Source of the DNA: a virus
Lineage: Duplodnaviria > Caudoviricetes
Length of the DNA: 64,000 nucleotides
IMG/VR virus record: IMGVR_UViG_3300013113_000816
Location: 1,223-65,222 of that record
Strand: one strand, 5' to 3'
In this document: in pieces, positions 7,245 to 17,504 of the stretch
Position numbering within the stretch: the first letter of the stretch is position 1
How the letters are laid out: every line of letters begins with the position of its first letter
Notes under the pieces: model-generated
The model's database searches: none
What the model was told of the DNA's origin: nothing
The model's input: the letters and a program-made list of their open reading frames with translations, nothing else
Position numbers and translations under genes: made by a program

Positions 7245-8051
7245 ATGTTAGATTTAAGTAAAGTAGAATTTTTAAGTGATGAGCAAATTAAAGAACAAGC
7301 ACCTTCAGTGTTTACTCAAAAGCCATCAAAAGAAGTTTCAAAACATTACACTCACATTCCTACAACTAAAGTTATCAATGATATGAGAACACTAGGTTGG
7401 GATGTTGTTGATGCTAAGCAAGTTGCTGCTCGTACAAGCTCAACAAGAGGTGTTCAGAAACATTTAGTTGTATTTAGGAATCCTGATGTTGTCATTAATG
7501 GAAATGATGGTGATACAGTTTTTCCACAAATTTTGTTAACAAATAGTCATGATGGTAAAAATAGTTTTACTTTCACTGCGGGATTGTTTAGAATGGTTTG
7601 TGAAAATGGTTTGGTTATTTCGGAAACTCAATTTGAAGATGTTAAAATGAGACATATGGGTTATTCATTTGAGGAATTGCAAGTTCAAATTAGAGAAATG
7701 GTTGAGAAATTACCATTAACTGTTGAGTCAATGAATAAAATGAAATCCATAGATTTAGAACAAGAAAAAGCTGTTGATTTTGCTAAAAAAGCTCTTGGAA
7801 CTCGATTTACAAAGGATGAATTGAAGAGAATTAAAATTGATGTTATTGAATTATTAAACCCAGTTCGTGAAGAAGATTGTGGAAATGATTTATGGTCAAT
7901 TTTTAATGTAGTTCAAGAAAAAATCATTGAAGGTGATTTTGAATATTCAATTGGGAGTAAAGTTCGTAAAGCTCGTCAAATTAAAAATTTCAAACAAGAC
8001 CAAAAGATCAATAAAGAATTATTTGATTTAGCGTTAGAGTACGTTTCATAA
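7245..8051 (+). CDS. DUF932/DUF945 family protein
   Basis: PQILLTNSHDGKNSF..AGLFRMVCENGLV..LWSIFNVVQE. Confidence 0.85.
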   Translation: MLDLSKVEFLSDEQIKEQAPSVFTQKPSKEVSKHYTHIPTTKVINDMRTLGWDVVDAKQVAARTSSTRGVQKHLVVFRNPDVVINGNDGDTVFPQILLTNSHDGKNSFTFTAGLFRMVCENGLVISETQFEDVKMRHMGYSFEELQVQIREMVEKLPLTVESMNKMKSIDLEQEKAVDFAKKALGTRFTKDELKRIKIDVIELLNPVREEDCGNDLWSIFNVVQEKIIEGDFEYSIGSKVRKARQIKNFKQDQKINKELFDLALEYVS

Positions 8052-8074
8052 TAGAATTAAATTTCAAATAGTAC

Positions 8075-8101
8075 AAGCTCCCAAATGGGAGCTTTTTTTT
8101 T
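8075..8101 (+). terminator. intrinsic terminator
   Basis: AAGCTCCC-AAAT-GGGAGCTT hairpin followed by a T run. Confidence 0.85.
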
Positions 8102-8142
8102 CTTAATATAATTTGCCATACTAAAATATTTTTTTAATATTT

Positions 8143-8601
8143 ATGGGCATGGACATTAACCGTATATTCAATTTATTCAATCCTGATGATGACTTTAGAT
8201 CTCCAACTAAGCAAGAGTCTGGGGTAGATTTCCAATTTGAGGAATTTAAAACTACTCCTCCTTATTACATAGGAATGTTTGAAAAAATGATCTTAAACCA
8301 TAATAATGTCAGGAACCAAGTAGTTAAATTATTCCAGAAATCAAATGAAGAATTTAATCTTCATGAAATTGAAGAAGCTGGAGAATTTATGGCTTATAAT
8401 AGAGCTTGGGAGTACATTAAAGATTGTGAATTAGATGACCAATGTTGGAAAGAAAGTTTATTACTTAGAAATAGTGATTACTTAATTACTGCATTAAAAT
8501 TGGCAACCCATTACTTTGAAGGTTATGAAGAATACGAGAAATGCGCCTTTCTTAACAAAATCCAACTTTTTCTTGAAGATAATTTGGCTCCCGAATCCTA
8601 A
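8143..8601 (+). CDS. hypothetical protein with C-terminal UVR-like motif
   Basis: ORF track; YFEGYEEYEKCAFL. Confidence 0.7.
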   Translation: MGMDINRIFNLFNPDDDFRSPTKQESGVDFQFEEFKTTPPYYIGMFEKMILNHNNVRNQVVKLFQKSNEEFNLHEIEEAGEFMAYNRAWEYIKDCELDDQCWKESLLLRNSDYLITALKLATHYFEGYEEYEKCAFLNKIQLFLEDNLAPES

Positions 8602-8713
8602 ATTAGTACATTATGGATACGGGTTTGTTAGAAACCCCAAAACGTATAAATAAAAAAACGTGACCCGGTGATAGGGTTACCACAGTGGGTTAAGATTAAC
8701 TAATAGATAATTT

Positions 8714-8881
8714 ATGAGAAATAAACAATTGGCACAAAATCGCCTCCAAAAACTGAATGGTTTACTAAAAAAGCTTGACATGAATATTCACAGAGGTGGT
8801 AGTAAAGAAGAAATTAACTCCACTCAGAGAGAAATTAATCAAATCGTTCAAGATTTAAGTGATATAATAGAAAGAGAATAA
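8714..8881 (+). CDS. 55-aa coiled-coil protein
   Basis: Manual translation MRNKQLAQNRLQKLNG...DLSDIIERE; TAATG-coupled to the HD gene. Confidence 0.65.
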   Translation: MRNKQLAQNRLQKLNGLLKKLDMNIHRGGSKEEINSTQREINQIVQDLSDIIERE

Positions 8882-9642
8882 TGGAATTAACAGCAGAGCA
8901 AATACAATCTAATTGGGAAAAATTTATAGGCTATATTAACACCTATATTTCAGACCCTAGAAAAGACCAACTCCTAAAGTTTTATAAAAAACATGAAGAA
9001 GAAATCATGTTAATGCCTGCTTCCCATAAAAAGGCATACCATAATGCTTTTCCAGGGGGATATGTTGATCATGTTAATCGAGTTATAGAAGGTGCTTTAG
9101 AAATTAATAAGGTATGGTATAACTTTGGAGCAGAACAAAACTATACAATCGAAGAACTTGTATTCTCAGCTATTAATCATGATTTAGGTAAAATGGGAGA
9201 AGAAGATAACTATGCACATCAACCCTCAACTGATGAATGGAGAAAAAAGAATTTGGGTGAAATGTATAAGTTTAATAATTCAATTGCTTATATGTCAGTT
9301 CCTGAACGATCCATTAAACTTTTAGTTGATAACGATATTAAATTAACCCAGAATGAATGGTTATCTATTCGTTTACATGATGGGTTATATGATCCAGCAA
9401 ATGAACCTTATTTAAAAAACTATATGCCAGAGTTAAAACCTCGAACTTCTCTCGTATTTATAATTCATCAAGCAGATTTAATGGCATCAAGAATAGAATT
9501 CGAAAAAGAATGGTTACCAAAATTTGGTAAGGAAGACAAACCAAAGAACAATTTCAAAGTAAACAACAAAACCAACTCAAAAAATAAAGCACTCAGCTCA
9601 ATTAAAAGTGAGGGGTTAAAAAGCATGTTAGATAATTTATGA
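8881..9642 (+). CDS. HD-domain phosphohydrolase
   Basis: PAS..YHNAFPGGYVDH, NHDLGK, HDG and HQAD metal-binding motifs. Confidence 0.85.
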   Translation: MELTAEQIQSNWEKFIGYINTYISDPRKDQLLKFYKKHEEEIMLMPASHKKAYHNAFPGGYVDHVNRVIEGALEINKVWYNFGAEQNYTIEELVFSAINHDLGKMGEEDNYAHQPSTDEWRKKNLGEMYKFNNSIAYMSVPERSIKLLVDNDIKLTQNEWLSIRLHDGLYDPANEPYLKNYMPELKPRTSLVFIIHQADLMASRIEFEKEWLPKFGKEDKPKNNFKVNNKTNSKNKALSSIKSEGLKSMLDNL

Positions 9643-9923
9643 TTACTATAACCATTATTTCCGTTTTATCGGTTTTAGTCGTGATATTTGGTTTCACGAC
9701 TTTTAATCTCCTCAAGAAGAATGAAAAACAAGAGGACATTCTTGTTGGGTATCTTGAATACCTTGATAGAATTTCTAAAGTAATAGAAGCCTCAGATAAA
9801 AAATTAAAAGAAATAGACCACAGCGGAGTATTTAAATCAGATGATGAAGTGGGTCAGTTCTTCAAATCAGTACAAGAAATTCAAAAAATATTAAACGATT
9901 TTAAAGTAAAAAGATTAAAGTGA
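9639..9923 (+). CDS. membrane-anchored hypothetical protein
   Basis: N-terminal TM segment; FKSDDEVGQFF. Confidence 0.7.
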   Translation: MITITIISVLSVLVVIFGFTTFNLLKKNEKQEDILVGYLEYLDRISKVIEASDKKLKEIDHSGVFKSDDEVGQFFKSVQEIQKILNDFKVKRLK

Positions 9924-10651
9924 TTGTGGCAAAAAAACGAAGACCTAAATCTAAAAACTACTTCACTAAAGACACTGAAGCAGCTATAGTTAGATATAAC
10001 AATGAACCTAACCCTGAGGTTAGGAGTGATATTTACAGGGATGAAATTCATTATCCCTTTTTTAAACTAACAGAAAATATAATCCATACATTTAAGTTTT
10101 ATTATACTGAAGTAGATAATATAGAACATTTACAACACGAGATAATAACATTTTTATTAACCAAAATGCATTTATTCAACCCAGACAAAGGGGCTAAAGC
10201 ATATTCATATTTTGGTACTATAGTTAAGAATTGGCTTATAATATATAACAACAAAAACTATTCAAAACGATTAAAATCAGCACCAGTAGATGATTTATAT
10301 AAGGATGAAACCTATTCTTATAATTTAGAAGATGAAAGAATAGTAGATAATTTATCTCATTTTATAGATAATTACATTAAATACGTTGAGGAAAATTTTG
10401 AAGATTTTTTTCCAAAAGGAAACGATGCTAAAATAGCAGACGCCATACTAGAATTATTTAGAAAAAGAGAAAGTATAGAAATATTTAACAAAAAAGCTTT
10501 ATATATTTATATTAGGGAAATAATGGCTACTAACGGGTTAGAAGTAAAAACACCCAAGATTACAAAAATAGCAAATAAGTTATATGATTTATTTAAAGGA
10601 AGTTATATATTTTACTTAGAGACAGGATATATTGATTTTGAAAAAAATTAA
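9920..10651 (+). CDS. phage late sigma factor (T4 gp55-like)
   Basis: Region-2-like FNPDKGAKAYSYFGTIVKN; NYFTKDTEAAI; lies before the structural genes. Confidence 0.65.
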   Translation: MIVAKKRRPKSKNYFTKDTEAAIVRYNNEPNPEVRSDIYRDEIHYPFFKLTENIIHTFKFYYTEVDNIEHLQHEIITFLLTKMHLFNPDKGAKAYSYFGTIVKNWLIIYNNKNYSKRLKSAPVDDLYKDETYSYNLEDERIVDNLSHFIDNYIKYVEENFEDFFPKGNDAKIADAILELFRKRESIEIFNKKALYIYIREIMATNGLEVKTPKITKIANKLYDLFKGSYIFYLETGYIDFEKN

Positions 10652-10687
10652 TTTTTCATATTTATAACCAACAAAAACCCCATAAAT

Positions 10688-11047
10688 ATGAGTCACTTAG
10701 AAAAAAAAGTCTTTGGGAAAAAAACATATTCAAGTTTACTCAAAGAAATATACGACAATCAAAAGAAAAAAGAAGACCAAATATCTGCTTTAATTTCTGA
10801 ATTAAAACCTCTAGTACAGGACATAGGAGATGCTACTTTAATTGTACCCTTAATTAAAGAGTATATGGAATTAGGTATTAAAAATGATGAAGCACTTATA
10901 AAAGTAGCTACTATATTTCAAAGAATATTTGCTAACGAAGGTAATGAAGATAATGGGTTTGGAATTTCTGAAGAAGAAAAAGAACAACTTCTAAATGATA
11001 TAAAAAGCTTACAATTACCACCTAAAAAAGAGGAGGAAGAAGAATAA
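10688..11047 (+). CDS. conserved hypothetical phage protein
   Basis: ORF track; preceded by TATTTATA at 10659. Confidence 0.7.
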   Translation: MSHLEKKVFGKKTYSSLLKEIYDNQKKKEDQISALISELKPLVQDIGDATLIVPLIKEYMELGIKNDEALIKVATIFQRIFANEGNEDNGFGISEEEKEQLLNDIKSLQLPPKKEEEEE

Positions 11048-12360
11048 TGGTTATGTTTGATAAAGGACTATCATCAAATTCAATACCACCCGCGGGGAAG
11101 GGTTATGATACGGGAAATTCAGACCTAAATAACATACTATCTGTTCTTAGGGAGGAGATTCAAATTGGTAGGGTTACTGATATTATATTAAACAGTAATT
11201 ACCCGAATATTGAAGAATATGGGGGGTTGAATGGTATTGGGACTATTTTTTTTGAATTAAATACCTTTAAACCTGTAGGAGGTAATGCTATAGCCAAACC
11301 CTTTTTCCCACAAATCTCATCATATCCCTTAGTAGATGAACTTGTTTTATTATTTAAATTACCTAATAATAAAATAGGCAATATCCCATCTAATGAGGTC
11401 TATTACTACATTAATATGTTTAGTGTATGGAATCACCCCCACCATAATGCCTATCCTAACCTAAATGGTCAGGGCAAAAATTTACCACCCCAACAGCAAA
11501 AAACATACCAACAAACAGAAGTAGGTTCTACTCGAAAAACAGGGGGGGTTAATGATGATACCACAGAAACTATATCACCAAAATTTAATAGTCCCATAAA
11601 CCCAAGTCAAGCTACTTTTGAGGAAAGATCCAATATACACCCCCTATTACCCTTTGCTGGAGATGTTATTTACCAAGGAAGGTGGGGAAATAGTATAAGA
11701 TTTGGAAGTACGGCAAAACCAACACTTACAGATTCTTTAAATGAATGGTCTGAAACAGGTACAAATGGTGATCCTATTACTATCATTAGAAATGGTCAAT
11801 CCCCCGAAGAATCAAATGAAGGTTGGGTCCCTATAACTGAAAACATCAATACTGATATTTCTTCAATTTGGCAAACATCAACTCAAAAAATCCCAATAGA
11901 AACTATAAATAATGAATTTACTTCATACAACGAATCTCCTGAATTACCTAATTTATATGAAAAACCCCAAATCATAATTAATTCTGATAGGTTAGTTTTT
12001 AATGCCAAAACAGACCATGTATTAATAAGTGGTGAAAAATCAGTATTCCTAGGGGCAAATTCATCTCTAAATTTTAATGCAGGTAAAAATGTTGTTGTGG
12101 AATGTAGTGATATAAAATTAGGTGATAAATCAGCAACTGAACCTCTAATTTTGGGTGATATTTTTTTAAAAAATTTAGATGTAGTTTTAACCAAATTAGA
12201 CCATTTATGTACTCAATTATCTGTAGATCAGATATGGCCAGCAGGAGCTCCTGTTGCTAATGGAGGTGTAATTACAGTAGCTACTAGTTTAAAATTGGAT
12301 ATTGCAAATTTCAAAGCTAATATGGGTAGTTATAAATCTCAAGTAAGTAAAACTAAATAA
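11047..12360 (+). CDS. baseplate hub / spike protein (gp5-like)
   Basis: OB-fold-like N-terminus (YPLVDELV), GDVIYQGRWGNSIRFGS, beta-strand repeats and EPLILGD tail; upstream of the gp25-like gene. Confidence 0.6.
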   Translation: MVMFDKGLSSNSIPPAGKGYDTGNSDLNNILSVLREEIQIGRVTDIILNSNYPNIEEYGGLNGIGTIFFELNTFKPVGGNAIAKPFFPQISSYPLVDELVLLFKLPNNKIGNIPSNEVYYYINMFSVWNHPHHNAYPNLNGQGKNLPPQQQKTYQQTEVGSTRKTGGVNDDTTETISPKFNSPINPSQATFEERSNIHPLLPFAGDVIYQGRWGNSIRFGSTAKPTLTDSLNEWSETGTNGDPITIIRNGQSPEESNEGWVPITENINTDISSIWQTSTQKIPIETINNEFTSYNESPELPNLYEKPQIIINSDRLVFNAKTDHVLISGEKSVFLGANSSLNFNAGKNVVVECSDIKLGDKSATEPLILGDIFLKNLDVVLTKLDHLCTQLSVDQIWPAGAPVANGGVITVATSLKLDIANFKANMGSYKSQVSKTK

Positions 12361-12362
12361 AT

Positions 12363-13691
12363 ATGCCATCATTTCAAGGAATAAATTTAGAAGGGGATTA
12401 TATATCACTTAATGATCTAAACCCAATATCCCAAAATTATGTTAGGAAATTTAATGGTTTAGTTCTTATAAGAGAAAAAATAGTAGACGATAAAAGAGTA
12501 ACAGGTACTTTATGGTATAAAGAAGAAGTTGTTGGTTTTACCGTTGAAGACCTCCCTAGAAAACTCAAAATAGATAAAGTAACAGCAATAGAATCTAACC
12601 TAAATTTCTCTCCAGATTCTACCCTTCCCCCTGATAAAGGAGCCTATTATATAGTTTTGGATACTACGAGTAATACTAATTTAATGGAGAGTTATGTTAA
12701 ATTTCCTCTTGATCCTAGAAGGAAATTTCAAAACCCTGGGGTATTCCCTAGAGTTGGTACCGATCCTAGAGGAATTAAAATGGAATCTTCAAGTGGTAAT
12801 TTAGATTTTGATGGGATAAGAATTCATAGGGGTACTTCCGAAGGTTGGTCTGAGGGGTGTTTAATTTACTCAAGTGTAAGAAAGGCCAATGGTACAGTAA
12901 AAAAAGATTTACCAATAAATTTTGCATTAACTAAATTTATATATAATAATAATATTGAGAGAATTGTTTATATTGATGAATTTTCACTTTCAACCCAATC
13001 TGTATTTAAAATTACTGGTACTGTGGTAGATTCTTCAACATTACAACCAATACCATTTCCAACAGTAAAATATATTCCTCAATATATTCCACCTATTAAT
13101 AATGAAGAAACCCCCCCTGATCTTATAGATATGTACAAAGCAGAACCCGTATCGGGTGAAGGGAATGGTAAGGGTGAATTTTCTATCGAAATTCCTTCTG
13201 TTAGTGAATACTTAAGTATAAACGGTCCAAATTCATCATTATTAATTACTAACTCAAAGTTACTAGTTACCATCTCAGCCCCCGATTATGAAGTAATTGA
13301 AGTTACTCCATTAAAAGCAGATGGAACTTTTAGATCTAATTTGGGGGTTGTAAAAATCCCAAATATTGAGGTAGCAAGAAGAGAAGCAAATTTAAAAGTT
13401 AATGAAATTAATGATGAGCAGCTAAAACTTCTTCAAGAAAGCAGGCAAAAAAAACAATTTATTGAAATTCAAACAGAAAAACTTTTAAGCACTATAAAAG
13501 GAAAATTAACCCCCTTTATTATCAACCAAATAGCAGATTTAGGGGTTCCTGATCCTATTGGTTTACTTAAAAGTACAAAAGACTTCCAAAAGAAAGCAGA
13601 AAGATATGAAAAAAGGGAAAAAAGGAAAATGGAAAATAACAATAATGAGGGACTAGCTAATGAACCTCTTTCAAATAATGAAACAGTATAA
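12363..13691 (+). CDS. DUF5675-like domain protein with carboxypeptidase-regulatory-like domain
   Basis: TGTL..FTVED..GIRIHRG..SEGCLI, then ITGTVVDSSTLQPIP. Confidence 0.55.
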   Translation: MPSFQGINLEGDYISLNDLNPISQNYVRKFNGLVLIREKIVDDKRVTGTLWYKEEVVGFTVEDLPRKLKIDKVTAIESNLNFSPDSTLPPDKGAYYIVLDTTSNTNLMESYVKFPLDPRRKFQNPGVFPRVGTDPRGIKMESSSGNLDFDGIRIHRGTSEGWSEGCLIYSSVRKANGTVKKDLPINFALTKFIYNNNIERIVYIDEFSLSTQSVFKITGTVVDSSTLQPIPFPTVKYIPQYIPPINNEETPPDLIDMYKAEPVSGEGNGKGEFSIEIPSVSEYLSINGPNSSLLITNSKLLVTISAPDYEVIEVTPLKADGTFRSNLGVVKIPNIEVARREANLKVNEINDEQLKLLQESRQKKQFIEIQTEKLLSTIKGKLTPFIINQIADLGVPDPIGLLKSTKDFQKKAERYEKREKRKMENNNNEGLANEPLSNNETV

Positions 13692-13693
13692 AA

Positions 13694-14446
13694 ATGTTAG
13701 ACCCAAAAATAGTTAAAGAAATACAACCCACTATTACACAAAAACTAAAACCTCCTAAGGATGTAGAGGGTCTTAATAAACTTATAAAAAAGAAAAATAA
13801 GGTAACTAAACAACTAAATAATCTTTATAAGGGAATTGAAACATTAGAAACAGCTATCAATATCCCAAAACAAATAATAGAAACTTCTGAAAAATCAATC
13901 CCTATACTTAAAGCATCAATTCAAGCTGTTGCCTTTATTCCATCAACAGTTACTACCCCCATCCCAGTAGGTCCTATTCTTATTGCTAAAGATGCTATAA
14001 AAGTGTTAGAGGATCTTATTGATGTTTCAAAGGGTAAAGCAGGTGCAGGTACATTCCAATTAACCTTTCTAAAAACAGAATTAAGTAAAATAATCGATTT
14101 ATTAGGAGTATTAGATTTATTAATCCAATCCAGTGCTAAAGAATTAAGTAATAGTAATGGAGGAGATGAAATATCTATTCAAGAATCAGTATCAAAAGAA
14201 TTATTAGATTCAACCCAAAACCAATCAAACCAATTATCCCCCGTTGTTACTAATGTAAATGGTTTTGAAATGGGGGTTGTAACTGTGGGAGAAAATACAG
14301 GGAATGATTTAAGAAGAAGACAAGCGGTAGCTAGAAATTCCCAAGGGATAATAATGCTGCAAGGAGATCCTTCCTACAGTTCTAACGATCAAATTTTGAT
14401 TGACGAGTTAGTTTATTATATTCAACAGAATAAATTAAAAGCATAA
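13694..14446 (+). CDS. hypothetical baseplate-region protein
   Basis: ORF track and gene context. Confidence 0.65.
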   Translation: MLDPKIVKEIQPTITQKLKPPKDVEGLNKLIKKKNKVTKQLNNLYKGIETLETAINIPKQIIETSEKSIPILKASIQAVAFIPSTVTTPIPVGPILIAKDAIKVLEDLIDVSKGKAGAGTFQLTFLKTELSKIIDLLGVLDLLIQSSAKELSNSNGGDEISIQESVSKELLDSTQNQSNQLSPVVTNVNGFEMGVVTVGENTGNDLRRRQAVARNSQGIIMLQGDPSYSSNDQILIDELVYYIQQNKLKA

Positions 14447-14473
14447 TAATATAATATTTATAAAAAACATAGT

Positions 14474-14806
14474 ATGAAAGCAAACGAATTAAAAAAAATG
14501 ATTAAGGAAGCAGTTAAAGAAGCTATCCAAGATGAATTAAAAGAGATTCTATTAGAAGCTGTTAAAGCTCCTAAACAGGTTGTAAATGAGAGCAAAAACA
14601 TAAGTTCCCCTACCCCTACACCCCAAATATCATCTACTGAAACGAGGCAGAAGTATATGGATGTGTTAGGAGAAACAGCTTTAAATTTTACAAGTAAAGA
14701 TGTAAAAAGATTTAACCCCCAAGGTGCAGGAGACACCACTTCCCCAAATGGAAGTTTACCTGAAGGAGAATTAGGAATGGACCAAATAATGAATTTAATG
14801 AAGTAG
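14474..14806 (+). CDS. protein with MKxxELKKMIKE leader
   Basis: MKANELKKMIKEAVKEAIQDELKEILLE; TATTTATA at 14455. Confidence 0.75.
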   Translation: MKANELKKMIKEAVKEAIQDELKEILLEAVKAPKQVVNESKNISSPTPTPQISSTETRQKYMDVLGETALNFTSKDVKRFNPQGAGDTTSPNGSLPEGELGMDQIMNLMK

Positions 14807-14809
14807 ATA

Positions 14810-15217
14810 ATGGCATTTGAGGCACAACAAATATATCCTATTGATTTTAATAACAGCGCTGCTGTAGGGATAAATTTACCTTTAACTTTTCCTACTGCCT
14901 TTAACCCAAATTTTTCTACAAAAGACGCAATAAGAAATAATCTGATTAACTATTTTCTAACAGAACCAGGGGAAATACCTTTAAATCCTCTATTTGGTGG
15001 GGGTTTAAGATCATTTATATTTGAACAGATTACAACAGATAATTTAGATTTTTTAAAAGAAAGAATTCAAAACCAATTAGAGAGATACTTTCCTGATATA
15101 TCTGTGGGAAATTTAAAAGTATCAAGACAAGAAGATAATAACCAAATAAACATATCACTAACTTATAGTGTTGTAAATACTAATATAAGTGGTGAAGTTG
15201 AATTTAATTTTGTATAA
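14810..15217 (+). CDS. baseplate wedge subunit (gp25-like)
   Basis: AIRNNLINYFLTEPGEIPLNPLFGGGLRSFIFEQ. Confidence 0.85.
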   Translation: MAFEAQQIYPIDFNNSAAVGINLPLTFPTAFNPNFSTKDAIRNNLINYFLTEPGEIPLNPLFGGGLRSFIFEQITTDNLDFLKERIQNQLERYFPDISVGNLKVSRQEDNNQINISLTYSVVNTNISGEVEFNFV

Positions 15218-17082
15218 TGGCCACAGTAGATAGAGACGTAAAATATTTAAATAGAGACTTTTCTGATATTAGAGCAAGGTTAATAGAATTTTCCAAAACC
15301 TATTTCCCAAACACTTATAATGATTTTTCCCCTACATCACCAGGAATGATGTTTATGGAACAAGCATCTTACGTTAGTGATGTAATGTCCTTTTATTTAG
15401 ATAACCAATTACAAGAAACATTTACCCAATTTGCTAGACAAACAGACAATTTATATGAATTAGCTTATATGTTTGGTTATAAACCTAAAGCAACAGGTGC
15501 CGCCCAAACTATTCTTGATTTTTACCAACTCCTCCCTTCTATACCAGATGGAATAGGGGGGTATATTCCTGATTTTTCATATTCATTAACTATAGGTGAA
15601 AATACTCAAATTGAATCTTCTCTAAACCCCGAAACCATATTTCTTGTTGAGGATAAAATAGATTTTTCCACCTCAAGTTCTCTAAACCCCACAGAAATAT
15701 CAGTCTATCAGGTTACATCCCAAGTTCCTACCTATTTTTTGTTAAAAAAATCCATAAATTCCATTTCTGCTACTATCAATGAAAAAACATTTACTTTTAC
15801 TTCCCCATCCCCATTCACAACAATTGATATAAAGGGTAAAAACCTTATAGGGGTATTAGATATAGTAGATTCTGATGGTAATATTTGGTATGAAGTAGAT
15901 TATTTAGCCCAAGAAATGGTTTATGATAATATTAAAAATACTAATGTTAATGATCCTAATAATGTAGCAGATGTTGGGGATGTTCCTTATTTACTCCAAT
16001 TAAAAAAAGTTCAAAGAAGATTTGCTACTCGTTTGACATCTGAAACAAACCTCCAAATCCAATTTGGATCTGGTAATCCTAATGATGTAGATGAAATAGT
16101 AACTCCCAACCCTAATAATGTGGGTATAGGTTTACCTTTTGAAAAAGATAAATTAACCACTGCTTATTCACCTACAAATTTTCTATTTTCAGATACTTAC
16201 GGCATTTCCCCATCCTCTACTACTCTTACTGTAAGGTACTTAACAGGAGGGGGGGTTGAATCAAACGTACCATCAGGGGATTTAACTACTATTTCTAATT
16301 TAAATAACATTACATTTAACAACCCAACCTTAAATAATGCTACTTCAAACTATGTTTTTGATTCGTTAGCTGTAAACAATCCTCAAGCTGCTGATGGGGG
16401 TCAAGCGGGTGATACAACAGAAGAAATTAGACAAAACACTATATCATCCATTGCTTCCCAACAAAGATCAGTTACTCTAGATGATTACATGGTAAGAGCT
16501 TTAAGCATGCCCCCTGAATATGGAACAGTAGCTAAAGCATATATAGAAAAACCTAAATTAACAGATGAGCAAGTTTCAACCATTGAAACTTTAAACTTAT
16601 GGGTTTTATCTCAAAATTCTTTAGGCCAGTTTGCTACACCCTCCCAAACCCTAAAGAAAAATTTAAGAACCTATTTATCACAATATAGAATAATAGGAGA
16701 CAATATTGAAATAAGAAATGCTTTCATTATTAACATAGCAGTAGATTTTGAAATCATAGTATTACCTAATTATAACAATAATGATGTTATATTATCCTGT
16801 ATTAACTCATTAAAATCATATTTCACCAGAGATAAATGGCAAATAAACCAACCCATTTTAATTAGAAATTTATATGTAATGTTAGATAAAATATTAGGGG
16901 TCCAAACAATAAAGGACATTAAGATTATGAACAAGGCGGGGATTACAAAGGGTTATTCTCAATATTCATATGATATTGATTCTGCAACCCAAAATCAAGT
17001 AATTTACCCTTCATTAGACCCAAGTATTTTCGAAGTTAAATTCCCTGATACTGATATTAAAGGAAGAGTAGTACCATTATAA
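15217..17082 (+). CDS. baseplate wedge subunit (gp6 / baseplate J-like)
   Basis: NRDFSDIR..YNDFS..SYVSDVMSFYLDNQ; QRSVTLDDY. Confidence 0.8.
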   Translation: MATVDRDVKYLNRDFSDIRARLIEFSKTYFPNTYNDFSPTSPGMMFMEQASYVSDVMSFYLDNQLQETFTQFARQTDNLYELAYMFGYKPKATGAAQTILDFYQLLPSIPDGIGGYIPDFSYSLTIGENTQIESSLNPETIFLVEDKIDFSTSSSLNPTEISVYQVTSQVPTYFLLKKSINSISATINEKTFTFTSPSPFTTIDIKGKNLIGVLDIVDSDGNIWYEVDYLAQEMVYDNIKNTNVNDPNNVADVGDVPYLLQLKKVQRRFATRLTSETNLQIQFGSGNPNDVDEIVTPNPNNVGIGLPFEKDKLTTAYSPTNFLFSDTYGISPSSTTLTVRYLTGGGVESNVPSGDLTTISNLNNITFNNPTLNNATSNYVFDSLAVNNPQAADGGQAGDTTEEIRQNTISSIASQQRSVTLDDYMVRALSMPPEYGTVAKAYIEKPKLTDEQVSTIETLNLWVLSQNSLGQFATPSQTLKKNLRTYLSQYRIIGDNIEIRNAFIINIAVDFEIIVLPNYNNNDVILSCINSLKSYFTRDKWQINQPILIRNLYVMLDKILGVQTIKDIKIMNKAGITKGYSQYSYDIDSATQNQVIYPSLDPSIFEVKFPDTDIKGRVVPL

Positions 17083-17094
17083 AAAATAAAAAAT

Positions 17095-17484
17095 ATGCCA
17101 ACATTCACACAAAACAATGGGCAAAAATTACCCAAAAAGATAACATCCCTAATAGATTCTTTTAATAAAACCAATCTAGATGTAGAAGATCCAAGAATCG
17201 ATGGTGGTCCTAATAGGACTAATTCTTCCAATATTCCCACAGGTCAATATTTAAATATTGGTACTCATAATATTACTGATGAAGAGGGGGAAGTTACTTT
17301 AAAAGAAAAGGATGGGAAAAATTTAATAACCCAACTTAACAGATGGACCCCTAATAATACTTATTTAGATTCCAAAGATTGGGAAAATAAATTCCCTAAC
17401 CCCCCAAGTAATAATCCCCCTAAAATAGATTTATTAAAACCCCTTCAAAATTTATTTAATTCTAATGGTAAAACCCAACATTAA
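17095..17484 (+). CDS. hypothetical protein
   Basis: ORF track. Confidence 0.6.
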   Translation: MPTFTQNNGQKLPKKITSLIDSFNKTNLDVEDPRIDGGPNRTNSSNIPTGQYLNIGTHNITDEEGEVTLKEKDGKNLITQLNRWTPNNTYLDSKDWENKFPNPPSNNPPKIDLLKPLQNLFNSNGKTQH

Positions 17485-17504
17485 TATTATAACAAAATAA
17501 AATT

